A stretch of DNA of 64,000 bases from Eledone cirrhosa (taxonomy: Eukaryota). Shown here piece after piece: positions 42,256 through 56,902 of this stretch (its first letter is position 1; every line of letters starts with the position of its first letter). A model generated the notes under the pieces. The model had not been told where the DNA came from and made no database searches. It saw only the letters and a list, made by a program, of their open reading frames with translations. The position numbers and the translations under genes are program-made. Where the stretch lies: positions 153,264,001 through 153,328,000 of the forward strand of contig OZ024741.1 in the NCBI GenBank assembly GCA_964016885.1, given 5' to 3'.

Positions 42256-45200
42256 GTAAGCATGTAACCTTAATTATATTTTCTACTACAATTTAACTAT
42301 TTTAGGAAAAGATATTATTATCATTATTGTATATATGTTTTCAGCTTTATAGCTAATATGTTAATTTAAAGCAATAAATGTGCATGCATGGTCAATTTTT
42401 ATTACTACACCCGTCTCCGTTGCGAATAATCGAGTGTTCGGGTGTGGGACCCATTTTAAGCGAGTAATTTACGACGGTTTCAAGGCTATATTCATTCAAA
42501 ACATTAAAAATCAAAGGAAAAACTTAAATTTCACCTTATCGACCAACTACCATTAAAATTAAGAATGTTTTACTATGCTACCTCTCTGAGACTGGTGTAA
42601 AATTTACTGGATTCAGTATTTGACTGGTACTTTATTTTATCGACTCTGGAAAGATGAAAAGCAAAGTCGATCTCGGTGGGATTTGAACTCAAAACGTAAA
42701 GGGCTGTACTGAATGCAGCAAAGCATTTTACCCGACGTCTAGCGAATCTACCAATCCAACACATCGTTTATCGTTTGACCTTCATTCATTGAATGCATAA
42801 AATAATATTTTTTAATGAATTTCCTTCACGTTAATATATAATACTGAACTTATTTTGTATTTCATTTGTTTTATAATAATTGTTTCTACTTTGGGCACAA
42901 GGCCAGCAATTATCCTAGTGTATTACTGGTACTTTATTTTATCGACCCCGTAAGGATGAAAGGCAAAGTTAACCTCGGCGGGATTTGAACTCAGAATATA
43001 AAGGACCATAACTCTCTGCTGCAAAGCATGGTGTCTGATGCTCTACCGATACTACCAATGATGATGATGATGATACTTGTGGAATTATTCAGTCATTTAC
43101 ACTAATATACAAGATTGTCTGTACCTGTAATTCAAAGGATCGGTTTCGTCAGGCAGTGAATCACCTTGGCGAGATTTGAACTCAGAACGTTAAGGGACGT
43201 AAGTCTGCTGTAAAGCATGACGTCCGACCCTCTACCGATACTGCCAATCCACATAATAATTGTTTCTACTTTAGGAATCCACATAATAATATTTATTGGA
43301 AAGCATATGCATTGTAATAATATGACTATTTAGTTAGCAATTATCGAACGAATTCATTTTAAAATCATCTAAATACATTTAGAGTCGAATTTATGAGATG
43401 AATGTTACCTAGTATTTCACATTTCTGACTCTAGTCATTTCATTCACAATACCAATGTCCTTGGTGAGGTATGAACATCACAATCTAATATATTATCCTT
43501 TACGCACGGGAGACAACTTCATTCCTGTTTCAATGAATCTGTCGTAAATTACATGCATTTAGGAAGTTTTCACGTGATGCAAATTGATAGTCATTAAAAC
43601 GTCAGTTAGAATGCTTTGCAGTATACGTTCTGGCTCTGCGCACAGGTAACTGGTGATGCTAGTGAGGGCACTTGGCTGTTCCAGCGCATCAGCCTCGCCA
43701 TCACCTTAAGTAATGCTGCTAGCGTGCTGGCTTGCCTCAAAAATTATAAAAGAGATTTCCCTGTGCTCCTCGCCTTATTGTTATCTTTTGCTCTGGCAGC
43801 AGTTCGTTTGTCCACTCCTTTCGTCTGCCTTTTGTTGTATGTGGTCCTAGATGTGTGTGTGTGTTTTTCTTTTTTTCTTTCTCTTTTCACTTTTTATTTG
43901 TAATATTATGTTGACGGTTATGCCTTAATAAAATGTTAACCCTTTAAGATCAAATTCCGCAGAAGTCAACTTTACCTTTCATCCTTTCAAGGTCGATAAA
44001 AAAAATGAACCAGTCCTATATTGAGATCGATTTTCCCTCTATATCTCTTTCGCTTCTCTGGAAGAAATAGTCTGTTCAGACCTGGTAAAGGGAGGAGCTC
44101 CGCCAGGTTTTAAATGTCCAAGATATGTAGCAATAGTAATTATGGTTGTAGCGATAGAAAGTATTTTTGGTGTAGATTGTGAAGAGTTGGTTTGGGTTTG
44201 GTATTATTGTTCACTTTGGTGTGGCAGATGTTGGTGGCTTGATGGGTGATTCCGTGAATCACTCTCTCTCTCATATAAGCACTGTGGGAATGTTTGTGAG
44301 TATCTCAGTGAGTTGAGATGTGTGGTAGTACTCATTGCCATAGTCAGTACTTGAAAGTTGAAGGTTAAAAGTAAAGCTGCCATTAGCAATATCCAATGAA
44401 TAATAAGAAACATCACTACTATTATAATTTTTATTATCAAGGTGCCAACTCTGTCAAGAGAGCTGGAGTTTTGGGCTAAGCACTACATTTATCTGCTTGC
44501 TAGAGCGACTCCGGGTGATGTCTGTCTCTTCCGAGAAACGAGAGCTGAATGTGTTGAAGAAAATCTTATCTCATATAACCTCAAATTGGCCAGTCGCTCT
44601 AGACTAACTGGTACCATCCTGAGATAAAGAAAAACTGAACATTGTGTTGTTTAGGGGTCAGTATATGTGGTGAGATTTCATTACAGATATACTGTATGTC
44701 ACTATGACTCCATCAGAAGTTACAAGTCTATACATACAATGAAGTTTCAATTTAACCTTTGCCTGTTGAATTATTTTGGCTATTAATAATCTCAATTACA
44801 TGTTTATAGATTTGTGAAAATAAGGTAAAAATGGATAAAAACGATTTAATTAAAATTAGGATCACTGATAATGGGGAATGTCAAAATTTTACATAGCTTT
44901 CAATCTGTCATGCCAGCATCGAGCTCTTGGAGAATCTCACTTAGTTTGTCAACACATTCTCATCTATGAGTATCCTCCCCTATATTCGCCCCTTGTACTT
45001 CTGTGCTAAACTGTCCAGCCTCATAAAGCCCAACAGTGATCTCCGGCCCATTGCAGTTGGGTGCACTCTGCAATGACTCCCAGCAGAAGTGTATCTGTCA
45101 TCAGTCTGAAGTAGCTGATTTGCAGAATTTTCCCCTATTCAGCAAGGGGTGAGTACCAAGCTGGATTGTAAGGTATCTGTCCATACCACAACTGGCCATC

Positions 45201-48200
45201 TGATATCTCTAAGGTTGTCTTCAAACTTGATCTCAAGAATGCATTCAACTTTATCAGTTGTGATTTCATCCTCAGCTCAGTAAGGAAGAGGACCCCAGAG
45301 TTCTATCGTTTTGCTTGGCAGGCTTATTGGGAGCTCTCCCATCTCACCTTTGGTGACCTAATCATCCTGTTCGCCTCAGGAGTCTAACAAAGTGACTCCC
45401 TCGGATCTGCTCTATTTGCACTGGGTATCAATCATGTTACTAAGAAAGGGTTGACCTGGAGTCTGGTATTTTGATGATGCTTGTTTGTGGGGACCCTTGC
45501 TACTGTGAAGACAATGATTGAGGAACTTGGTTGTAGGGGCCTCCATGTTAACACTTCCAAATGCAAGCTCTGGGTCAAAACACAGCATCAAAACATCAGC
45601 CAACTGTAGACCTGTTCACTAAAACATGGGGCGCCCTAGGAGCCTCAATTACTGACCTAATTTTCGAGCCCATCTTTCTATCCAAGGTAGCAAACTTAAA
45701 GCAGCTATTGAAAAACATAGAGGTAATGAGCCCCATCAATGTATATTTAGGAATTACCTATCCACTCCTAAGTTATTGTATATGCTCAGTGTCAGTCCCT
45801 CCTATAAATTCTTGTCATCTCTTCAACAACCTTATATTTTGTCACTTGAATGCTTGGTCAGTCAGACACTATCCAGAGTCCCGTGACCAGGCTGCATTGC
45901 CCAAATGATTTTGGAGCTTAGGTCTACGTAAATGCTCATCTTTTTCTCCATGCATGCTCCCCTCTGGTGGATAGCATTCTATCCTTTCCAACAAGGAGGT
46001 GGAGGAAGCTCTACTACAGTGAAGGGTGCTATCTTTGTCAGTTCCTTTTGCAAAGGAGGATAGGCTGAAGCAGAGATTCTGGAACAATTTACATTAAAGA
46101 GACACTTAACTCTCTCTCTCTCTTTGATAAATCTGATTAATTTTCAAGGTGATGCCTACTTTCCATGAATGTAACATTTTCGGGTGACAGGGTTGATGCC
46201 TTGCCTGTGGTGAACATTAGTAGCCTACTCAGTCTAGATGAACTCTGAATCCATTGCTCTGTTGGCGTTGAAATGTCATTGTGGCAGGCCCTTTGACTCC
46301 ATAGGTCTTCATGGAATGTTGCCACCTGAATGCAGATTACTTTGCTTGCTACATCAAGCTAAACTTAATTATCAGGTGGGCTCTGGTTCAAGACATTATC
46401 CCCTGAATTCTGGAGCCAGCTGGATTGTCCAAGGTTAATGAGAAGAACCCAGATGGTCTTAACCTTTGTCCTTAGGTAAGAAGTAAATGTCTCATTTGGG
46501 ATGCCACAACTAGCTGTTTCCCACATCTTGGATGCTGCAGTAAAGGTGAGGGTAACTTCATCTGTAGCTGAAAGAAATAACATTCTAACATACCAGGACT
46601 ATATTTTCCAGCCTGTGGCATTCAAGACATTTGAAGGTGCTTGGCCACTGATGCCAAAGTTTTTTGTTATCATTAGTGGTTCACCTTACCAAGGTATCAA
46701 GTGATATCCGCAATGGTGCTTGGTTATTCCAGTGCCCTAGCCTCACTATCACCTGCAACAATGCGGCGAGTGTGTTGGCTTACCTCAAAAATTATTAGGA
46801 GGAGGCTCCAGTGCCTCTTGTTGTGGTGTGTGATTGAGTGCGCAGGTCGTCTCCTCCCACCTTTTTTTTCTGATTAATTTCTGTTGGTTTGTTTCTCTTG
46901 TGAAATAAAAATATATATAATGAATAAATGAATTCATCAAAATAGGCAAGTCTGTACCACCCTCTAATTTTACTTTTTGACTTTGGCCAAATGGTTAAAC
47001 ATTTTGTTTCACAATAATGAGGTTCCACGTTCAATCTTACTCTGTGACATCTTTTATCATGACACTAAGTCAACCCAAGTTTTCTGAGTAAAACTGGGTT
47101 GTCAGAAAATATTTAGATGCCGTCAGATGGGCTGTACCTGTAATTCAAAGGTCCAGCCTTGTCATATACTCTGTAATGCAGAGTCTCCCTAAGAATTATG
47201 TTAGGAGTACATGTCTGGAATACATAGCCACATAAATGATAATTTAACAAATAGGTTGTTCCATTAACTGAAGAACTGAAACTCTCATTGTTGAAACTGA
47301 CAGATGTCCATTCCTTTGGAATACTCAGCCACTTACACGTTAATTTTACAAGTAGGTTGTTCTTTTGACTAACTGATAGAAGTCCATTCATCTTATAATT
47401 TGTAAAGGATGAAAAGTATAGTCGTTTGAATCAACCACGGTTAGCTATCATCATCATTTAATGTCTGTTTTCCCCATTAGCAAGAGTTGGACAGGTCTTC
47501 AGAGACCAGGTTAGTACTCAAGTGGAGCTACTGACCTCCCAGTTCATATATACAAGGGTTAGCTGAAAAGTTTGCAGGCTGATCAAGATACTCTAATGGA
47601 ATTTGATCAGATGAGGTTTATTTTTCAACATAGTCCCCTTTGCTGTCCCCATACTTCTTCCATTGGTTTTGCAGTGCTTGGATCCCATTGGTGAAGAAGC
47701 TTTCATCCTGTTAGTTAAAAAAGTCATCAACAGCAGATATGACATCATCATCACTGCGATACTGGTTCCCAACCAAGTGATTTTTTCATTTTGGGAAACA
47801 GATAATAGTCTGATTGGAGTTAAATGTGGAGAATAGGGAGGGTGATCAATCAGTTCAAAGCCCCAGTCACGCAAAGTAGCCATTGAAACCAAGGACTTGT
47901 GTGCTAGAGCATTGTCCTTATGAAAGAAGACCCATTTTGTCAGTTTTCCTGGGTATTTGGTCTTGATAGCCTTTCATAACTGCCTCGGCAAATTGGCATA
48001 GTACTCTCCATTGATGGCATGGATTTTGGAAGATAGTCAATAAACACAATGCCTTTTGCATCACCATAGAGGCAACAGAAAGGAATGTGGGCGATTTAAG
48101 AATCAAAGAGGCCATTATCATCAACCAGAAAAAAACTACAGATATATAATAGATTGGAAATACATGAAGCAGATTGGCTATCATAACGACTTCATGCATG

Positions 48201-50165
48201 CATATTTCAGACACATAGGCAAGTTAAGGAAGAACACATCGATCATTTGATTTTGTTTTGAACCATTTCTGCTTCATACTTGAAATATCATATTGAAATA
48301 TATATTGGGTAAAACATTATTTTCTTTTGTTTTATTTGTCATCCTTTGCTCTTTATATATTCTACTACATTGTACCGGTTTTTAGAAACTTATCAGTCTT
48401 TTATTAAAATATTATTTTTATCCTTAATCACTTTTGTATGTCTCCAATAAACATAAACGTTAGGGTTTCTCCTATGCAAACATTTAAATTATCAAAATGC
48501 ATATTTCCCAGTTTGTGTGATTGTTCATATATCCAGTAACCTTGTTGTATATGGCATACCAATCGTGGATCCCTAAATTTAAATACATTCAGTACTAATG
48601 CCATCATTATTGATAGCACTGGGCTGCTAGTATTAAGATAATAACATGACATAAAATATACAGTAAAAAATAATACAACAATTATAATTGTTTCTACGTT
48701 AGGCACAAGGCCAGCAAATACTCAGTGTATTACTGGTACTTTATTTTATTGTATAATAATTTACAATGAGCACAGAAGTAAAGATGATATTGATATGATG
48801 AACATTTTTCAGGTTATTACTGTTTTCAAGCAACTTCACAAAACAAGGAAAAAAGTTTTCGAGAATGATTTGAATGCAATGAAAGGTAAGATTTTAATTA
48901 TCAGCTCAGGGTGATGTTCTCCAACCCTTATGTGATCCAAAAAACAAAGTGCAGTTCTTTCTCTGCAACCTAGACACTCCTGATTTACAGTGCCTTAGTA
49001 TACATCTTGGTATCCTTTGGTTCTGCCTCCACCCTTAAAAACTGTTTATGTTGTTGTGTGATGTGTATTTGCTTGTGTTGTGATGTGTGTGTGTATGTAC
49101 CTATATGACTCTGTAACTTGTTTGAATATCATCATCATCATCGTTTAACGTCTATCTTCCACGCTAGCATGGGTTATACTCAATGAAATGTAATATGATG
49201 AAAGGCTACACAAAAAACAAAAACTCTCATCAACTGATCTTGTTGGAATTATTACTTCCATTCTAATGGAACTCTAACAATGTTATTAACCCTACCATAG
49301 ACAGATAAATACCAGATATCAATGTGTGTATATATGTATATGCTCCATTGTACATTTTGAATGCAGTTTGGGACATACACTGCACTTATGACTGTACATA
49401 TCATGTATGTGCAGTCTTCTTAGTTAATGTGCTTCTTTACTGTCATATTTATTTACCCAGCCTCAAAGGTTAGGACTAGTTGGGTAGATGGAGTTGTCAT
49501 ATACCCAGCTACTAAAGTTAGTCGGGTACATGATGTCATATTATGCCCAGCTACCAAAATGAATTGGGTACATGGAGGCGTAATTTCCTGTTGTGTAGCA
49601 GAGTAGTATCAGTTTTAGTTTATACAGAGTACACACATTATAGGATCTGTTATAATGTTGATTGGCTAACATAGTATTATCATCATGACCGTTTTGTCTA
49701 TTTTCTATGCTTGTATAAGTTAGAAAGGCTGTTGTGTTATGAGGTCAGACAGGTCAGGTAATTACGTATGGCTTATATGATTTATTTTTGGCTTGGTTTT
49801 CTACGGCTGGATGTTTTTCCAAATGCTAACCATGTTCCAATGTTGACTTTGAGGTTTTTTGTCATGTCCCTAGCACAACCACCTTACAAAAGGGATTGGA
49901 TGATTTTTATGTCACCAGCATGACCACCTTACAGGATGGACTGGGTGCTTTTGTCATGTCACTGTTATGACCAACTTACAGGATGGACTGGGTGCTTTTG
50001 TCGTGTCACTACCATGACCAACTTACAGAGTGGTTTGGGTGCTTTTTTGTCATGGCACCAGCACACTCAGTAGACTAGATGTTTTTGTCGGGACTGAGTA
50101 CTTTTCAATTGTTGCACAAGCACTGCCTGGGAGCAAGCAATGTGTCAGGCTGTGAGGGGGGTGTA

Positions 50166-50241
<76 letters not shown>

Positions 50242-53200
50242 AAAATGGAACGGGAACAAAACAGAGAGGCAGTACGAACAAAGGTTTATTAGTTTCACGC
50301 TCTTGAGAGTGGGGATATATATAAATATCATCATCATCTATTTTCCAAGCATGCATAGATTTGATACATTCTGAGACTAGGTAGGTCAGACAACTGTATA
50401 CCACTCAGTCATTCCATTTCTGGGCTTCCATAGCTGGGTGCCCTTCCTAGCATAGACCATTTGATGTGAAACTGGGGGTACTGCAACTGTGAGAGGAGAC
50501 ATCGCAAGCCATGTGTTGCAGCGCTCTCCCAAAGGCACAAAAGTCTTTCTATGTTGTCACAGGTTTGCGAGAGGGAAGAGGGATCAGGGATGTGAATAAA
50601 GGAGACGACTATGAAGAAAGGGGGAAACTAGTTTTGCTTTATTTCACTTACATGGGAGAGGGGAGTCTTCTGCAGTACAACATATCACCAGTTGACTTGG
50701 TCTTCTGTCATTCCTTTGTGGAAGTCAGTCTTGACAACATCCTCCCAAGTTTTCCTGGGCCTCCCTTTTCTGCAGTTTCCATCAACTTTTAGTACCCTGC
50801 ACTTTTTTATGCAGCTGTCATTTTTCATATGCATCACATGCTCAAACCATTGCAGTCTTCTCTCTTATATCCTGCATTTAATCCCCCTTATGCTCAACTT
50901 TCTAACAGTTCATTTATGCAACATTTCTCATGCATACTAACTTTACACATCTATCAGATGTGTAATTAATTTCAATCTTTGTCAGCTGAAGAGAAACATT
51001 ATACTTCATTTGTGACCATCTGTAATGAAGTGGGTGAGGAAAATCTACCCGGTTCCCCCATTTCCCTCTGTGGAAAGTGCAATAATGGCTGCAGTCAAAA
51101 GCAACACCCTCAAATCTACAGTTTCAAATGTACAGCATAGAAAATTCAGTGCTATACTTTCAATCATTTGGAGAATGAAAGAACCAACCAAACCCAGGCT
51201 GATTTTAAGAATATTAACAACACTCATAGAGAAGCTTGAAAACTGGTAAAAGAACTTTCTGGTCAGAAGAAGAGGAAGAATGTGGTATATATCCAAGGCG
51301 AAGACCACTTTGTGACTTGAAAGGATAACTTTCACAAACTCCTATCAGCTGACAATCAATATGAACCAGGCGTTGTGATTGACCCAGTATTTGAAGACCA
51401 TCCAGAGATAAGCATGACTGAGTTTTCTGTAGAAGTGGACAATGCACTAAAGGCAATGAAACCAGGTAAAGCTCCTAAGCTCGATGGCCTAACTATAGAC
51501 CTATGAAAACTACCCAAATCTCGCAGGTTTCTAAAAGACTTCTCCATTGAAACCTTTCAAGGTCACAGGCCTGAGAAATGGGGAATATCAGGAATAGTGC
51601 CAATACCCAAGAAAGGTAATCTCACCATCAGCACAAACAGTAGAGGCACCATCTTCTGCAAATTACAGCAAAAACATAACAATATGATGATCCTGAACAG
51701 AATAAAACCATGTATTGACAACATTCTACATTCGTGCCAAAATGGATTTTGACTATCTCACTCTGCTGCCTCACATCTTGGCTCTAAGAAAGTTTGATGA
51801 ATAAGGTACAGAAGGAGACAGAAATTGTATTCAAAGACTTCAGGAAGGCTTTTGATTCAATTAACCAAAAGAAGATGGTCAAAATTCTTCTTGTGTATGG
51901 GATACCTCAATCTGATTGTGAATGCAATTAATCACATATGAGAATACTTCAGCACTTGTAATGACACCCAAAGGAAATATCTTATGGTATTTATATAAAT
52001 ATATCATATAACCATTTTCATACCATTAATATATCCTATGATATATATATGTGTATGTCTGTATGTATGTATCTATATATGTGTGTGTGTTTGTATGTAT
52101 ATATATATATATAATCATGTACAAGTTAACTAGTTATAATTCATAATCACTGTTATACAGAAGTGTTGGTGATCCACTAACACATACTTTAATTAATGTG
52201 TGTGTGTACCACATGGTGCTGCGATCGGAATTTTACCTATCTCTCTATATGTAAATATAAACCTTTTTATACCAATCTCATATAAATATATTTAAAAAGT
52301 AACATTTTCCCCTTCCTCTTTATTGTTCCCTAAATAGCTTCAAAACTGAAGATTAACCATGAATTTCGGAAGAACATGAATGAAACTAACAAGGCAGAAA
52401 TCATAAAGGTAATCAGAATATACAATATATATCTATTGTTTTATGTCAAGATATACTTTTTTTATTGTTGGCTACGGTGATTAGGATGGTCGTGGATAGT
52501 CATAGAGGAGGTGATAAGATGAGAGGACTTCTATCAGTTGGTCAACAGAACAGCCTACTTGTAAAATTAACGTGTGGCTGAGGAATGGACATTTGTCAGT
52601 TTCAACAATGAGTGTTCCAGTTCTTCAGCCAATGGAACAGCCTACTTGTAAAATTAACATGTAAGTGGCTGAGTATTCCACAGACATGTACTCCTAACAT
52701 AATTCCTAAGGAGACTCTGCATAACTCAGAGTTTCTCATCGTACTTGCACTACTGCATTTTTTATTTTGATTTAAATTTTCCAGGATATTGTCCCTTGCT
52801 TTTCTTTGTCAGAATTATTTACATTAATGATTTTTTTTTTTTACTTCCCCTGGCCCGTCAAAGAAGTTAGTAACTCCACTTCAGTACTGACTTGATCTGC
52901 AACAGCCCATCCAACCCTTGTTAGCAGGGAAAATGGATGTTAAATGATGATAATGTGTAATTTTAATTAAAATGGTTTAGTCAAAAAAGAAAGAGCAGCA
53001 CTCATGATCGTTTTTTAGGGCCTTTAAGATTGATGTGAGGAAGGAAGGGAGTCATTCCCAGACTCGCGATCTGGCTCCGATATATACAACAAAGTTTATT
53101 CTACTAAAGGCAGCTAATGAGGACCAGGTGGTTATGTTAAACCATCCCAGAAAGTCTATTTCTCTTTCCAACAACATACAATGATCCAGTTTTAACTCTT

Positions 53201-53431
53201 TATATTTTATTTTGACCAATACGGTAGGTCACTAGTTGTTTCTTAAGATTTTACTGACATCATTGTTTAACATCTATTTTCTGTGCTTGCATGAGTTGTT
53301 TTACTGTTATTGTATGTAATGTTTTATTTTGTTATTTTTTCTTCTTTAGCTGTTAAAGATTGCTGAGGATTCTGATATGATTCTTCGTACCCAGATCATT
53401 CAAGCGGAAGAGACAAGTCCTGGTGTATACA
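42241..53431 (+). CDS. LYRM7: LYR motif protein 7 / complex III assembly factor MZM1, spliced (last exon not identified)
   Basis: Exons 42241-42255, 48813-48885, 52338-52408, 53350-53431 splice in frame to MSRKQVITVFKQLHKTRKKVFENDLNAMKASKLKINHEFRKNMNETNKAEIIKLLKIAEDSDMILRTQIIQAEETSPGVY. This matches recalled LYRM7 (VLQLFKTLHRTRQQVFKND..KINEEF..LLRTSVIQ). Confidence 0.88.
43615..43900 (+). mobile_element. CRE/SLACS-type retrotransposon 3' fragment
   Basis: GDASEGTWLFQRISLAI..NAASVL C-terminal motif; related to 46700-46870. Confidence 0.6.
44900..46870 (+). mobile_element. Degraded CRE-clade (restriction-like endonuclease) non-LTR retrotransposon
   Basis: Remnant motifs LRPIAVG, KLDLKNAFN, GV.Q.D.LG, PDG...WD.T and NAASVL, with many stops. 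Confidence 0.65.
47552..48070 (-). mobile_element. mariner transposon 3' remnant
   Basis: TA + TIR-like CAAGGGTTAGCTGAAAAGTT; HPPYSPHLTP resembles the YSPDLAP motif. Confidence 0.75.
48813..48885 (+). CDS. LYRM7: LYRM7 exon 2
   Basis: TTTTTCAG / GTAAG, phases 0/1. Confidence 0.88.
50985..51980 (+). mobile_element. Degraded RTE-like (RTE-X-like) RT fragment
   Basis: PKKGNL, AKTYNMMILNRIKP, QNGF, DFRKAFDSI remnants. Confidence 0.65.
52338..52408 (+). CDS. LYRM7: LYRM7 exon 3
   Basis: AATAG / GTAATC, phases 1/0. Confidence 0.88.
53350..53431 (+). CDS. LYRM7: LYRM7 exon 4
   Basis: TTCTTTAG / GTAAGG, phases 0/1. Confidence 0.88.
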
Positions 53432-54219
53432 GTAAGGGAATTTACTACTAATCATCATCATCATTATCATTTTTATATATCCATTTCTTAATGCTTGCAT
53501 GGATTGGATGACTTTTTTATGACACTATTCTATGGTATGAGGCCTTTCCTCATGCCAACCCTTACTTGTTTTTAAATAAGGTACGAATTTAATCATGTTG
53601 AATCTCTGAGCTGCAGGCTTTTGTTTATGTGGGATGTAAATAAATATCACCACTTGTACTAGTGATGTTAAATATGACACAAAAACACAAAGACAAACAT
53701 ATAATACATATATATCATCATCATCGTTGTATTAACAGCTACTTTCTCTGCTAGCAAAGCTTGGATGGGTTTACATAGAATATATATAATGAGCTTCTGC
53801 ACAGTTCCCATTCAAAGGAATTGGGCACCACAAGCCTATTATAGAAAATGCCCCAGATGCCATACAGTGAGATTAAACATGAAACCATAAAGCAAACTTG
53901 TTGGCCACACAGCTATAACTGTACCTAATTACTAAATAATTTGCAGATTTTAATTTTTTTTAAGCAAATAATTATTCACGTTTCATGTTTCACCAAAACT
54001 TTAATTATTAAATTTAAGCCAGCTTAAATTTCTATGTTATTCAAACTTATAATTTATTATCATGTGGCTAGGCATAGTCTTGTAGTTAACTTAGCTCACT
54101 TTGCAACTACTTAGTTTCATGTTTGATCCCACTGTGCAGTAGTACATTTGGCAAATGTCTTTTATTATGGCATTGCCTTGCGAGTGAATTTAGTAAATGG
54201 AAATTGTGAGGAAGTCTAA

Positions 54220-54280
<61 letters not shown>

Positions 54281-55329
54281 CATGATAATATATATATATA
54301 TATCATCATCACGCTAGCATGGGTTAGACGGGAATTGTCCCACTTGAGGCAAGATTGATCGGGTGACTGTGTCTCGCTCGTATAGAATTGTTATCTGGCA
54401 GGTTTTCTGCCGCTGGATGCCCTTCCTAACACCAACCACATTTACAGTGTGAACTGGGAGCCTTTTTACCGTGTCCCCTACTTGACCACTTTACAGTGTG
54501 GGTGTTTTTTTGTCATGACACCTACACGAGCTGTGAGTGTGTGTGTATATATGTGTGTGTGTGTGTGTGTGTGAAGGCGCATTGCCAAGTAGTTAGAGAA
54601 TTGGATTCGCAATCGTGAGGTTGTGAGGTCAATTCCTGAACTAGGCGATGCATTATGTACCTAAGCAAGACTTTATTTCACGTTGTTCCTTCTACCTGGA
54701 GTTGCGACCAATAGATAGTATTAGCAATTGGAAAGGCCAGCGGAAATATTATTTCCTCCGTCAGATTTGACGAAAGTCGATCAACTGTCGATATATACAT
54801 GTGTGTGTGTGTGCAAATAAGTATACGTACTTAAAAAATACTATATATATATAATTATGATTGATTGATTAATTTAGTCTAAAAGCTGATATTGTTTTTT
54901 ATCATGACCCTATATATTCCGTAAGTATGACCCTATATATTCCGTAAGTATGATTGATATAGAAATGGATAAAATATATATATATTGAATAAAAAGTTTG
55001 AATGAGGGGCCCCAGCATGGCCGTTTTTAATATTAAGCGATTAAAAACAAATTCCCACACATACACAATTGAAACTATCTCATCTAATGAAAAGGAGAGA
55101 ACTCCAAGTCTTAAGGCGTGTTGTTGACGAAGTAATATCATTGTGTTTATATTAGGATATAGATGTTGATAGCCTCTTAATTAAATAATTGTTTCTACTT
55201 TTCGCACAAGGCCAGCAATTACCCAGTGCATTACTGGTACTTTATTTTATCGACCCCGTAAGGATGAAAGGCAAAGTCAACCTCGGCGGGATTAATTAAA
55301 TAATATGTAAATAAATAATTGTTTCAAAA

Positions 55330-55491
55330 TGCGCATGCGTGAAGGATGGTCCAAAGTGCGCATGCGTGAAGGCTGGACAAAAGTGCACATGCGCAGGGCT
55401 TATCTGAAGTGCACGTGCGCGAAGGCTGGTCCGAAATGCGCATGCACGTAGGCTGGTCCGAAATGCGCATGCGCGAAGGCTGGACCAAAGT
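55330..55491. repeat. 27-bp tandem repeat x6 containing TGCGCATGCG
   Basis: Unit TGCGCATGCGYGAAGGCTGGTCCRAAR. Confidence 0.85.
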
Positions 55492-56902
55492 GATTAATTT
55501 AGTCTAGAAGCTGATATTGTTTATTATCAAGACCATATGTATTCTGTAAGTATGATTGATACAGAGACGGATAAAATATATATGTATATATATATATTGA
55601 ATAAAAAGTTTGAAAGAGGTGCCCCAGTGTGGCCGTTTTTTAACATAAGCGATTGAAAATGAATTCAGGCTGATCCTCTTGTATTTCCTTTTACCCAAAG
55701 CCAGGAACCTTTCAGGACCCGCAATATGCATTGATATAGTTCAATATATATATATTGAAACATCACAGATACTAGGATAGAGATATACAGATCCTTCTGT
55801 TTTATTGTCGTGCTCATACGCTCCATTTTAGCATGGTTTTCACGGCTGGATGCTCTTCCTCGACCAATGGTACCTTAAGCTAGTAATTTTTATGAGTTGT
55901 TTCCCTTGATAATGCATTATCTATTAAGGGGAGATTACTCTGTGGTGCATATGCCATTGACAGCGTGTTAAAAGCTACACTGGATATGACATAAAAGATT
56001 ATATAACCAAGATCGAAGTCACTGTTGCAGCATATATATAAACTTTATTAGCATATTACAATCGTTACAATATCGATCAGCTCTGGGTACAATCATAATG
56101 ATGAGGACGAAAACACTTCCTCGATGTCTCATCAGATATGCATTTTTATATGTGCAAAGATACATTCAAACTCTTATCTAACACACACACTCTACTTTGA
56201 TTGAATACACACATTGGAACTAGATTAAGCTCTAAGATGGTCATAAATCGTGCAATCTACTTTCCATGCTTGCATGAGTTAGACAAGTTGTTAACTTATG
56301 AGATTAACCAGGTCAGATCAGCCCTGGTGACTGTCTTGTCCATATGGATCTGTTTGGGGCTTTGTTTCTATGACTGTGTGCTTTTTATCACTGCAGTAGC
56401 AGTAGGAGAACAGGTGTGGAGTGTGTCCAGCTTTCCATGTATGCATGGGTTGGACAGGAGAAGTATATCTGAGTGTGGAAAGGCAGGGGTGGTAGTGGTA
56501 GTGGAGTACATCCTCTTCATTAAACATCAACATATTTCCCACACCTGCCACAGCCAGATAGGCTGTCAGGTTCTGTGGCTAAGCCAGACAGGAGACCAAG
56601 TCTAGTTTATACATTCAATTCTTGTTTTTTCATGTTGGTATGGCAGCTGGAATGCATCTGTATTTGTATGTCAATGTGAGTGAGGAAGGAAGAAGGTGGT
56701 GGCTGCCTTTCTGTATGGGAAGGAGTGGGTCAGGCAGGTTGGGTCTGTCTTTGTAGAAACTGAGTGAGTGATGTCTATGGTTGGATAATGAGATGGGGCA
56801 GGGCAAAGTCTGCTAAGTACCCATCTTAGATCTGCCTTACTCATTTCCCCCATCCCCTATTCTGCATACCCCCACTTCATTATCTAAGTACATTTATAAT
56901 AG

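Noticed and set aside
56098-56116. TGATGAGGACGAAA hammerhead-like string
   Set aside because: Lacks C3 and cannot form stems I-III
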